Below are positions 36,798 to 48,950 of a stretch of DNA of 64,000 nt, in pieces (within the stretch, counting starts at the first letter, position 1; each line of letters starts with the position of its first letter). The notes under the pieces are model-generated. The model saw only the letters and a list, made by a program, of their open reading frames with translations, made no database searches and was not told where the DNA came from. Both the position numbers and the translations under genes were made by a program. Location of the stretch: positions 56,775,988 through 56,839,987 of the forward strand of contig JASCQW010000119.1 in NCBI GenBank assembly GCA_030264375.1. The letters run 5' to 3'. This DNA is from Carcharhinus longimanus. Its lineage: Eukaryota.

Positions 36798-39700
36798 NNN
36801 NNNNNNNNNNNNNNNNNNNNNNNNNNNNNNNNNNNNNNNNNNNNNNNNNNNNNNNNNNNNNNNNNNNNNNNNNNNNNNNNNNNNNNNNNNNNNNNNNNNN
36901 NNNNNNNNNNNNNNNNNNNNNNNNNNNNNNNNNNNNNNNNNNNNNNNNNNNNNNNNNNNNNNNNNNNNNNNNNNNNNNNNNNNNNNNNNNNNNNNNNNNN
37001 NNNNNNNNNNNNNNTGGCTGTCTATGTGAAATTTTAAACACTGCACTGCGTTAAAAGGGCAAGATTGGTGGTGGTGGGGGTGGGGGGGGAGTGGTAGCCT
37101 TTGCAATGAAGATTTCCAATCCTCCTCCTACTATCCAATAAGGATATAATCTCAGCTGTCATTCTGAGGGGCCAGTGTGCTGTCGAAGATGCTATCTTGA
37201 TGGAAATAACTCTATCCGCGGCCTTAGGTGGATATAAAAGTTGTAGCACCAGTGGAGTTATTTTTATTTAATCCCTTAACCAATGTCACTAAACATTATC
37301 TAATAATTTTCTCACCTTGCTGTGCACGTATTAGCTGCCATTGTAACGGTGACTGCACTTCAAAAATGATTAATTTTCTGTAAAGTAATACATCCCAAAC
37401 TATAGTTGTGGTGATCCCAATATAAAAGCACCTTGTAAACCCAGTCCAGGTTGCTTAGTAGTCAATTGAAATTTGCAGAAACTGTGGAAGTTTTCTCTTT
37501 TGGCAATCCTGGATGCACACTGCAACAAAGCTGCAATTCTAGCAAAGCTACGATGAATGGCAGGTTCAGTGGCCATTCCAAAGAACAGTCACATTGCACT
37601 CGCAGTTAACTTTGTTTCCATAGATGTTGCTCCAGTATCTGCAGCATTTTGATTTTACATTATTAACTGGCAGGGACCAGCAAAGGATAAATTACAGGCT
37701 CCTTCTTGAAAGGGAAAGCCAGAAACCTCAGACTGTTCTCTTCCTCCATCTCTCTACGAGAGAGAAGGAACACTCATGACATTAAGCAGTTGCTAAAAGC
37801 AACACTCAGTGCCAGCTTCCTGCTCAGAAGAGAACACTGTAAATCCTCCTCGTGGTTTGTGAGACCACACACTTTAGAAACACATTTCTCTAGGAAAACA
37901 CTATAGAAATGATCCCTAAGTGTGAAGGAGGGACACATTCTTTGTGTATCAATTAAGACGGTGGGTACGGAAATTACAAACCCAGATCCCATAGGCAACT
38001 GAGACAGCCCATTTGCAAACTTCAGTAGGCAGCACTCTTCTCCCAGAGCCTAGGCATCAGTGTCCAGGACAAGAATTGGTAATTCCAGGGGTACCAAAAC
38101 AATCGGAGAGTGGGCAACCATATGAACGTAGAACTTGAGTAGGAGTAGACCATTCGTGATATATATGCAGTAATGGCTGGTGGGCAATGACGACATGTGG
38201 ATTAGAGGGAGTAAAGGTGGTGAACGTAGCAGAACTATTTTGGGGCTGCTTTTGGCCTGTTGGATCCTCCTTTATCCCTGTTGGAATTGCTAAGAATTGC
38301 ACCAGGCCACTCGGATTCAATGGACACCATCCAGTGGTTAGTGTTAAATATTACACAAACTCGTAAAAAGCATATCTGCAGCATTACTCTCTCGGTGCAA
38401 ATGTCATTTTTGACTCGGGGGTTGTGTGTGGAAGTGAGTAGGGGTATTTCCATTGAAATAATTTTGAAGAAACTTAATTTTTAAAAACTGAACAAGGTAA
38501 GTAAGTGGGACACAACTGTAAAATGTTTTTAAAATTCCGAACCGTGTGGAACATAAACACTTAGGAATGTTACCATAGACATTAGAAAGAAACATTTTAA
38601 ACAAATACCATACTGGATCCAGTGTCCTTTAATCCCAACAAGGGGTTTCTTGAGGTTCTGTTAATAATTTGAGGCAATTTGCAAAATAAAATCAAAACAG
38701 CATAAACAAATTCTAGACTGGGATCTACAATACTTTTAGGTTTCTGCAAGCCCGCCTCGTGGCAAATTATATCTCGAACTTCCTCAAATTAACCAGTGAT
38801 CAGGAACTTTAGTTTTCTCAGGATCGTTGAGGTGAGTTGCAGTGCATTTTGCTGTCATTGAAAGCCGAAATCTGAGATCAACTCGGGGACACTTCCGCTC
38901 TCTGATTCACAATAGGCGGTATTCTTGTGCCATTCTGATTACACACTGGTTATAGTTTAACTCTTAATGTTAGTATAATTCCAAATTTGTAACATGAAGT
39001 CGGGAGAGATGTGAAGGTACTGCTGAAACTAAATTTATTGCAGGATCTTACTGGAGCAGAGCATGCGCCATGTCGACGCAACTTTGCCCCATATCTTACT
39101 GAAAGTATAAGTCGATTATGGTTTGTTGAGGGAAACACGACATCTCGGATACCTCCGTGAACTGATCATAACCAGTGAGACTTGACAGAGAAAGTAATGA
39201 TGTGGAGTGAATTAGTCAAACTGGATCTTTTAAAAATAGAGGGAAAAAATATGGTTTAGGAGAGGATGGGGTCATTTAAATGTGCCTTTTTTTGAAAAAA
39301 AAACTTTGAACAAGAGTGACTGCATGCAGGAATGAGACTGAACTATATAAACTGTTCCATTTCGAGCCAGAGGTTGCACAAATCTAGCAAATTCTTGAAA
39401 GTAACGGGGGCAAATACAGGGGTGCGTTGTCGTTTGTTCAAATGGCAAGAATGCAAATCAACCAGCAGATTCTTAACATTTGCAACTCACCCTTTTATCA
39501 GCAAGATTCAATCTATTCACCTATGCAACAGTGCTAGCTGTACGAATAGTGCAAGTGCAGTTGTTACAAGCAAAGAGATATTAACACAGTAACAGGTGGT
39601 GGCACGTGCTCCNNNNNNNNNNNNNNNNNNNNNNNNNNNNNNNNNNNNNNNNNNNNNNNNNNNNNNNNNNNNNNNNNNNNNNNNNNNNNNNNNNNNNNNN

Positions 39701-40099
39701 NNNNNNNNNNNNTTTTCGAGTCTGTTCTGCAGTCCAATTACATCATGACTAACCTGGGGCCTACTTGCCCCCCGCGAACCCCCCCCCCCCCCAATCCTTT
39801 AATACCTTAGAAAGCAGAAATTTATTGATCTCGGATTTAAAACTAATAATTGGCTAAGCATCGTCGGCCCTTTGCAGAATAGTTCAGATTTTGTAACTAC
39901 ATTTCATGTAGAAGGATTTCCTAACTTTACTCCTCAAAGGCATGGTTCTAATTTTAGGATATGCTATGCCTTCCCCGACCCATATAAATAGTTTCTCTTT
40001 TCCTACCCTAGTTGTTGTTCTTCGTGATATCTTGACATTTGATTTGATACATGTGAGAATAATAAATCACATCAAAAAAGTGATTAAAATCACCCCATA

Positions 40100-40880
40100 A
40101 TCTTCCAAATTACATTTTAATCTGTATAGATGGTCACTGAAAGGCTTTGGGCTTTGCTGCTTTTATCTTTTTACCGTTTATAAAGTACTGTTATCCAGCC
40201 TTTTATGTCCAAAATGGATAACCTCACACTTGTTTATACAGTATTAAATTAACATCTGTTCTCATCTCCACTGTTTACTATGCTGCCTATCTTTGTGACA
40301 CCTGAAAACTTGAGTATATTTGGCTTTCGATCCTAAAATATTAGATAGGAAAAGTAGATACCCTTGTTGAGTACGTCACATCCTGTCATTTAGCATAGCT
40401 GCCCATTACTCTGTTGCCTTTGACCAGCCCAAGGGGTTGTCCTCAATTGCACGAGTTTCAAGTTTAACTATAACTCTTTGGGAGACTTTTATTAAATGCT
40501 TTCTGGAAGTTATATAAACGATAGCCAGAAATATTGGCCTATCCACTACCCCAAAAGATTCAATCAGGTTTGTCAGGCATGATCTGCCTGCCCGTCACAC
40601 ATTCCTGCTGGCATTATCTCATATGGGGGGAAAAAAAAAGCATATTCAGTCACGATTAATTATAGATTCTAACAATTTCCTGATAGCAGATGTTTGGCTA
40701 ACCAATTTTATAATTTCATGGATTTCTCTCCTCTTAAATAGTGAGGTGATATGCAAGTTTCCAATCTAAAAGGAATGGTTCCTGAATTGAGAGGACTTTG
40801 GAAGAATACATGGCACATTCTCACCTATTCCTTTTGATACCCTTAAATGAAAACCATCTGGTATTGGGCATTCTTTAGTG
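40100..40880 (-). mobile_element. Very degenerate CR1 RT fragment
   Basis: Reverse-complement remnants such as TTATTAAATGCTTTCTGGAAGT and TCCAAAATGGATAACCTCACACTT. Confidence 0.55.
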
Positions 40881-41636
40881 CCATTATTTTTAAAATTATT
40901 GTTAATGAAAATGGCATTAGTCTGGACTGGATTCATACTTGAGTATCAGTGTAATTCAGCAAGGGACCCTTTTAAATGCAGGGCTGAAAAAAGATTTGAC
41001 TGAAAGAACAGTAGGGAGGTGTTACCAGTACAAAGGGTTAAAATGTATTCTTTTATCTCTGATACTAAAGTTTGAATCAGTCCAGAATGAGGGCATGATC
41101 ATTTTTCCCCTCTGCTCAGTATAAAGATGCAACTTCTTTAATCTATTTCCCATCTCTGCTTCTACCTACCTCAATCCACCATTAAAAGCTTTACCTTTTT
41201 ATTCTTACTTCCAGACTTGGACTATTTCAACTCAGTCTTGGTTGGCTTCCCATCTCCCAACTTCAATACACGTAGGCACATCCAGAATGTTGCTCCAGTA
41301 TCCTAAATGGCACCATCCCATTCACTCACCATTTCTAGGTTTACTGACCTATATTGACTCCCTCTTTCTAAATACCTCAGTTTTTAAATTCTCATCCTTG
41401 TGCTCAATTCCCTTCACTTCTCGTGCCCCTCTGTCTCTGTAATCTTCTCCAATTCATAAGAACTCTGTTTCTCCAACTCTTTAACCCTAAATTATGGAAT
41501 TCCCCCCTCATCTCTTCCATAAAAACCTTTTCTCTTTGACTAAGCTTTTTGTCAGCTTTTTTTTTGTCTTGACGAAACACCTGTGAAACACTTCTGGATG
41601 TTTTTACTATGTAAAAGATGCTACAGAAATGTGAAC

Positions 41637-41895
41637 TAGTAAAGTTTATTCATTAGTCACAAACAAGGCTTACATTGACATTGCAATGATGTTACTGTGA
41701 AATTCTCCTAGTTGCCACACTCCAGCGCCTGTTTGGGTCAGGGCACCAAACCAACACATCTTTCAGACTGAGGGCGGAAACCCATGCAGACACAGAGCGA
41801 ACATGCAAACTCCATACAGACAGTGATCCAAGCCAGGAATTGAATTTGGGTCCCTGGTGCTGTGAAGCAGCAGTGCTAACCACTGTACCACAGTG
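41637..41895 (-). mobile_element. HE1-like SINE, variant tail
   Basis: Reverse complement of the 46602-46872 type. Confidence 0.82.
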
Positions 41896-44219
41896 ATCAA
41901 GTTAGGTTATACATTGCACTGATTTACTGATAGACAATTAAGTGGGTTGATGGTTTGAGAAAATGAAGAGGCGCTTCAAATCTCCAGATGCTAAAACTAT
42001 TCAAAATAATTCTGTAACATTCCTTCGCACTGGGTTGGAGTTGCAACAAGTGTAAAGCTAAATTGTGTTATATGATTTTAGCTCATTGAATAATCTCTGA
42101 TCTCTAGAGTATGTAGTTGTTTCTGTCAGACACATCCCAAACTGATTTGCACCAAAAGAAAAGGGTAAAATAGGAAAGGAACAATTTGCATTTACATAGC
42201 ATATTTCATGACCAGATTGTTTCCCAGAAAATGAAGTATTTTGGAAAAACTTGTCTGTGTTGTACAAAGGACATAATTGCAAGGTTAAGAGCTCTGAAAT
42301 GAAATGAGTTTGTAGTCTCAAACGCAGGGTAAGGTGTAAATTCATAACACGAGTATCTTAATTCCGTGCAAATTACACTAAAATATTGGTAAGTATGGTT
42401 GCTATGATGAATGGGAATATTTATATTGGTGCAATAGTTTTACTGTTGACTTCTCGGGGCTACCCAAATTACAGAAATATCATGGCCCTGGACATTATTC
42501 GCTTCGCCCCTCGCTTTAATGTGCAGCCCTTCGTCATACCTTCATACCTCTATTCTTAAATACTGTGAAGTGAACATTCTTAGTATTTTCCATTAGAGAA
42601 AAGCGAAGCAATAGATGTGAATGGCGGTAGTAGCGGGCTGAAATTCAGATTCACGTTCGGTTCCCGACTCTTTGTCTCCCATTGTTAAATAGCTGCGGAT
42701 TGCTTAGTAATGGATGCCAGGCTAGCCCATAGTGCTCAGCGGCTGGGAAACTGCTCTATCGTCGCGCTTGCCTTTGAAACAAGTTTCACTTTCACCGAGC
42801 ACTTAAGATGAGAATCCATTCGTGGGAGGGTCTCTTCTAACCCGCAGGACAACGAGTGGACACTGCATCATCGAGGTACAATAAATAGGAAAGAAAAAGT
42901 GTTTCACTTGCCAAGTGGCAAAAGTGACACACACTCTAATTTTAGAGTTCTCCTCGAAAGCAGTTCTTCTGCTGACTATCTCCCTTCGAGTGGAATGTAA
43001 TTTGAACATGTTTATCTTTCTTCCCCCTCCCCCATTGTATTAGTAGAGAAAAGTCAGTTTCTTACTGACGGTACATACGATGGTCTGGTCTCTCCAGCCC
43101 CTTGATTTCTCAAGAGTATAATGTATTTCGATGCTGGGAAGAGACTAAGAGGGGCGGAAACCTAAGCGGCGACTCAGGGCTGATTTTAAAAAAAAGCCTG
43201 GGGTTAAAAATCTTTGAAGAAAGCTATGAAAACCAGTCAATGCAGCAGAGGGCGTTTGTGTGTGTGGGTGTATATATGTGATCTTTAAATCCAGATCAAT
43301 GAACCCTCCCTCGCCCATTCCTTTGCCAGTAACTTGTGTGTGTTGTATTCGAATTAAGCATCGGTACCTGTGGTTTACACGCCCTTATAAAGGTAGTGCT
43401 GACACTTGGGTGTTCTCCGCACCTCCCCCAGCTGCAGACACCGCCGCCCACATTCTTCCAGAGCCCAATGCGCATTTTTACAAGGCGCTGCACGTACGCA
43501 CAAGCATTTTTTTCTCTTTAAAAAAATACAGGTTGTGAACTGCACGATGGGATATTACCATAACAAAATAATTGATACGAAATTAACCCTGTTAATATTG
43601 GTATTTCAATTGCAAACAGAAATGCACACAACTCTATTAAGAGTCGGTGTAGATTTAACGACACTGTCTTTAATCACAAGGTCAGATTTTTGTTTTATTT
43701 ACCGGAGAAGATTTAAGCACAACCTTAAATAAACTTCTGGCGTTCTGAGGGGAGCGCAAAATGATACTTCATTCAATGGTGCTGCAGATCAGAAAGGACA
43801 CGGCATGTGGGAGTGTACATTTCTTTCTTTAAAAAGTGAAAAGCCAATTGAATAATGCAGTGAACAAACTACCTTTTGAAATTTAGATGTATCTTTAGTT
43901 GAATGAAATAATTATACATGACATTCAGTTCTGAACCACACCACTTGCTTGCAATTAAAGTAGTCCCAATCGTTTAGCATTTGAAAATCCACGCATGGCA
44001 AGTGGGAACATTGTGAAAAGGAGGTTGCAGCGAAGCTAAAAATATGCCTGTTTGCATTCCCGAATCAGAGGCAGGAGGTTAATGGGCACGGTGAAGGCAG
44101 AAGAAGCAGGGGTGGTTCAGTAAAGGGAAGCAAGGAACTGACAGAAATAAAGGAAAATAGAGAAGCCTGTCCCTATTCTAAATTAAGTGAGACCTGTTTG
44201 CATAGAACTACATTTGCAT

Positions 44220-44480
44220 GGTGGTGCAGTGGCTAGCATCCCTGCCTCTGAGCTAGAAGCTCCGGATTCGAGTCCCAACAAGGACGGAGAGATCATAATG
44301 TAACCAAGCAGGTTATGTAGAAATCTGCAAATCCTCCCAACCTGTGCCAGTGGGGCGGAGAAATTTCTGTCAGCCATGTGATGGAAAGAAAATTGGTGCC
44401 TCTACTGTCACTATTCATAGCTCCAGACTACATTACAAAAAAGTGCACATTGCCACAGCAACGTGGACTCCCAGTGAACT
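44220..44480 (+). mobile_element. tRNA-headed SINE (not a tRNA gene)
   Basis: GGTGGTGCAGTGGCTAGCA...GGATTCGAGTCCC A/B boxes; no proper acceptor stem or Pol III terminator. Confidence 0.55.
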
Positions 44481-46224
44481 ACTGCCACCACACTTAATCG
44501 GTATGTATGTATAGGGCACATTAAATAAATTGCTTAAACTAGTCTAAACTAGGTCTGATTTTTTTTTCATCTTGGTGGTTCGGCTACTTTTTTTCTTTCA
44601 CGGGATATGGGCGTTGCAGGCTATGGCTTTCATTTTGTGTATCTTTTTTTGCTCTGTAATGCCTGAGGAATGCTGCATATTACACTCTTCAGTGGACAAC
44701 ATCGATTGTGCTGACTCACAACCTTCTTGCCACATGTCAGAAGTAAGCCATCTGACATTTGTGTTATCAGATAATCAACATAAATGTGCTGCAGATTTAA
44801 TTACTGAATTTCGACGACTACTACAGTAACATCAGGAAACAGCTGGCGATCCCACCAACAGAGTGGTCTCTGTCTCAGTTATTCCACCTAATAAATTTGA
44901 AAATTTTCTTAACAATGCACCAGAGATCACGAGAGATATTGGGGACTAATGCATTCCTTTTTAAAAAAAATCAACTTGGATATTAGCTTAAATGTAGTTC
45001 TGTTTTGAATTGATAGTATGTTTCATCAGTAAATTAGTGTTTGAGGTGAGGAGTGGGTTGGAAGCAAATGACACTCAACTCCATGAGTGAGATTTTAATC
45101 CATTCATTTTCAGAATTACAATCGGGGTCATATGGGATGAGTGAATGTTGAGGTTAGAAGTCAGTGAGTTGGTATGTTCTCATCTATAAAGTTCTCAAGG
45201 TGTGCATTTCATTAACACCAGACATATATTTATTTCCATGTAATTATTTTAATATTTATACTGTAATTATGTTGTTAGATTCATGATTCATTGAAGGAAA
45301 CCAGCAATATTAGGACTTCATGATTTGTTTACATACACTTATGTTCAGAAATATAATTTGAGCATTGCAAGATCAAAATAACAATGAATAGACAATCACA
45401 CATACGTCTTGACAGTAATGTATGTAATCAAACTAGACTCTGTTTTTGAAGTAATAGTTTTACTCCTGTTAGCTCCACAATGCTGCCTTGAAGTGAAAAT
45501 CATGATTAATGAATTCTTAATTTAGATTTGTTGAAATCTGTCCTTTTGTTATTGAATCATGAAGACAACAAATCAAACGCTAACTTGTAATCTTTATTTG
45601 ATTCAAATTCTTTTTTCTCAAATAGGTTATTTCTGACCTGGAGAGCAAAAGTTTGTTTGAAAATTCTTTTAATTATCTTTTGCAATCATATGGACTCTGA
45701 AATGTGTCCTGTGTGCATGATTATACTACTGCTTTGCTGAATAGCTTGTATCCATGATAACCTGATTATCTGTATGCCTGAACTTTTGATCTGTAGGATT
45801 GATGCCACTGTCACACTTACTAAGACTCTGTGATTATTCTCTGTCTGTAACTCTCCAGATAACTGATTGGATTATCCCAATTCTCAAAACCATATGTATT
45901 ATATATATTCTGTTAATAGAAACAGGTACACAAAACAAGCAATGTACTGAATACTTTATACCAAATTCCCTATACTGATTGCCAATGGAAGGTACATAGA
46001 GCAATGTCCTGAATTCCAGGTAAATTCTTTGTACTATCACTGCCTTGAATGTCTCATCTGCATAAATTTATTGTCCTAATTCCCTACCCAAAAAGCTATA
46101 AACATATCCAATATTTTGCCTTGAGCACATCCAACTCTTTTAAATAAACCCCCTTCCATAAATGAGGGAGAAGGGATTAGATGTATGGGAGTAGACTGAG
46201 AGAAAGAGAAGTCCATGTTATCAG

Positions 46225-46361
46225 CTCTGATGAAGTGTCATCCAGTGTCTCAAAATCAGCTCTATTCTGTCTCCACAGATGCTGTCAGACCTGCTGAGAT
46301 TTTCCAGCATTTTCTGTTTTTGTTCCAGATTTCAGCATCCGCAGTGATTTGTCTTTATCAT
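46225..46361 (+). mobile_element. Monomeric Penelope-derived tail with a CTGATGA hammerhead remnant
   Basis: CTGATGA at 46227-46233, then the same tail as the right arm of the 6222 palindrome. Confidence 0.7.
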
Positions 46362-46601
46362 AGACTCAATAATGTTCTTTATGAAATACTAACAATAAAT
46401 GCACCACATACTTAAGTTATCTATATTTAAAACTTTGCACATTTTGTCCTGCACACTTTAAATGTGAAAACCAGACTTTTCTCCAGATAGACGTTGGTTG
46501 CTTGTGATTCATTTCAAAGTGTATTGCTTTATTGCAGATTTGCAGTTTTATTTTCCCTGCTGGGGGTATGCAGCAGATTACTTGCCATTAAATGCAGTGC
46601 A

Positions 46602-46872
46602 GGGCAGCACAGTGGTTAGCATCCAGGGACCTGGATTTGATTCCCAGATGGGTTACTGTCTGCACCTTCTCCCTCATGTCTGTGTGCGTTTCCTCTGGGT
46701 GCTCTGGTTTCCTCCCACAGTCCGAAGGACGTGCTGGTTACTTGCATTGACCATGGTAAGTTCTCCCTCCATGTACCTGAGCAGGTGCTGGAGTGTGGTG
46801 ACAAGGGAATTTTCACAGTAACATCATTGCAATGTTAATATAAGCCTACTTGTGACTAATAAGTAAATAAAC
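46602..46872 (+). mobile_element. HE1-like SINE, variant tail, flanked by a ~155-bp direct repeat
   Basis: Head, V-core and tail TAAGCCTACTTGTGACTAATAAGTAAATAAAC. Confidence 0.85.
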
Positions 46873-47029
46873 CTTTTCACATTTTTGTCCTGCACACAAA
46901 ATATCGAAACCAGATTTTTCTCCAGTTGGACATTGGTAGCTTGTGATTCATTTTAAAGCATTTTGCTGAACTGCAAATTTGCAGTTTTATTTTGCCTGTT
47001 GGGGGATGCAGCAGATTACTTGCAATTAA

Positions 47030-47310
47030 GTGATTTGATTTATTATTGTCATATGTATTGGGATACAGTGAAAAGTACTGTTTCTTGCGACTTACACAGA
47101 CAAAACATATTGTTCATAGAGTACATAGTGGAGAAGGAAAGGAGGTGCAGAATGGAGTGTTACAGTCATAGCTAGGGTGTAGAGAAAGATCAACTTAATA
47201 TATGGTGGTCAGCTCAAAAATTTGATGGCAGCAAGGAAGAAGCTGTTCTTGAGTCAGATAGTACGTGATCTCAGACTTTTGTATCTTTTTCTTGACAGAA
47301 GAAAGATGAG
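47030..47310 (-). mobile_element. Rex1/Babar-like LINE 3' end
   Basis: Minus strand reads RLKNSFFLAAIKFL and ends in ACAATAATAAATCAAATCA. Confidence 0.6.
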
Positions 47311-47424
47311 CTTCATAGATGGTTGAACGAAACTGCAGTGCGGGTTACGTTCTTTCCCTTTACCGTGGTAAAACCAAACACTTTCGTGCCAGCCAGCCTG
47401 CCTAACTCGCTGTCAGCAGCAGCT

Positions 47425-48090
47425 ATGGGAGTTTCACAGTAACTTCATTGCAGTGTTAATGTCAGCCTACTTGGGCATCTCAAATAGTTTTCAATGTGCA
47501 TATTTCTGCACGTTCTATCTGTGTTTGCGTGGGTTTCCTCCAGGTGTTCCAGTTTCCTCTCACAGTCCAAGATATGTGCTAGTTAGATACACTGGCCCTG
47601 CTAAACTCTCCTTCTGGGTACCAGAACAGGCATCAGAGTGTGCAACTAGGGGATTTTCACAGGAATTTCAAATGCAGTGTTAATATAAGCCTATTTATGA
47701 CACTAATAAATAAACTTAAATGTTGTTAGGTGCATTGGCTATGCTAAATTCTCCCTCAGCGTGCCCAAACAGGAGCCGGACTGGGGGATTTTCACAGTAA
47801 CTTTATTGCAGTGTTAATGTGAGCCTGACTTGTCACGCATAGATGTAGAGATGCTGGCATTGGACTGGGGTAAACATAGTAAGAAATCTCACAACACCTG
47901 CTTGAATAGCAGGTTAGCCATAAAGACTTGCATTTCTAATCACTATTCTCTAAACTGTGCGTGACTTCATACGCCCTTCTCTGATCAGAACCTTCCACAG
48001 GCCTGACGAAGGGACGCCGTTTCTGAAAGCTTGTGGGATTACTGTCAAATAAACTGGTTGGACTCCAACCTGGTGTTGTGAGACTGCTGG
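47425..48090 (+). mobile_element. Stack of SINE tail fragments and inverted Penelope tails
   Basis: Three TTTCACAG.AA.TT...GCAGTGTTAAT tails; Penelope tail on minus (47845-47900) and plus (47920-48085). Confidence 0.7.
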
Positions 48091-48115
48091 CTGTTGGCAC
48101 ACACAGAGCAGGGAC

Positions 48116-48262
48116 AGGTCAGGGTCACCTGAGCAGCTCGATGGACTACAACTCCCAGCTGGCCCCGCGGCGGCGAGCATGCGCACTGAGGCCGGGCGCC
48201 CCCTTTCCCTCCCTCCCTGGGAGTGATCCGAGATTTAAATAAACAAGGAGCAACATGGCGGC
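48116..48262 (+). promoter_or_regulatory. CpG-rich housekeeping-type promoter: DR0, ZNF143, NRF1 and YY1 motifs
   Basis: AGGTCAGGGTCA 48116-48127; GGACTACAACTCCCAGC 48143-48159; GAGCATGCGCA 48175-48185; CAACATGGCGGC 48251-48262. Confidence 0.85.
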
Positions 48263-48334
48263 GCTTTTACTCGGCTTATTTAGGGAAACGAAGGTCAGGA
48301 TACTGGAATGTTCCTCCGAGTAACAGCCAGCGCG
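48220..48334 (+). other. First exon (probably 5'UTR) of a second gene, possibly NCOA family
   Basis: Directly follows the promoter motifs; strong donor GCG|gtgagt at 48334/48335. The ATG at 48255 opens only a 22-aa frame. The exon start is estimated. Confidence 0.7.
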
Positions 48335-48950
48335 GTGAGTGGCGGGCGGGGATGATTAAATAACCGGGAGAGGGGTGTGAGGTAAATTGTGTATGTTTGT
48401 TTATTTCTTTATGAAGTGATGTCTTTCTTATTATGTTAATTNNNNNNNNNNNNNNNNNNNNNNNNNNNNNNNNNNNNNNNNNNNNNNNNNNNNNNNNNNN
48501 NNNNNNNNNNNNNNNNNNNNNNNNNNNNNNNNNNNNNNNNNNNNNNNNNNNNNNNNNNNNNNNNNNNNNNNNNNNNNNNNNNNNNNNNNNNNNNNNNNNN
48601 NNNNNNNNNNNNNNNNNNNNNNNNNNNNNNNNNNNNNNNNNNNNNNNNNNNNNNNNNNNNNNNNNNNNNNNNNNNNNNNNNNNNNNNNNNNNNNNNNNNN
48701 NNNNNNNNNNNNNNNNNNNNNNNNNNNNNNNNNNNNNNNNNNNNNNNNNNNNNNNNNNNNNNNNNNNNNNNNNNNNNNNNNNNNNNNNNNNNNNNNNNNN
48801 NNNNNNNNNNNNNNNNNNNNNNNNNNNNNNNNNNNNNNNNNNNNNNNNNNNNNNNNNNNNNNNNNNNNNNNNNNNNNNNNNNNTTTTGGGGGTGGGGGGG
48901 GAGATGGATTTATTCAATCCCGGTCTCAGTTTTATTTTCTCCAAATGGTG

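Noticed and set aside
44220-44280. tRNA gene
   Set aside because: A/B boxes only; no complete cloverleaf or terminator, so it is treated as a SINE head.
48255-48323. ATG GCG GCG as the main start codon of the second gene
   Set aside because: In-frame TAA precedes the strong donor; it would need the weaker AAG|gtcagg donor, and the peptide is not recognisable.
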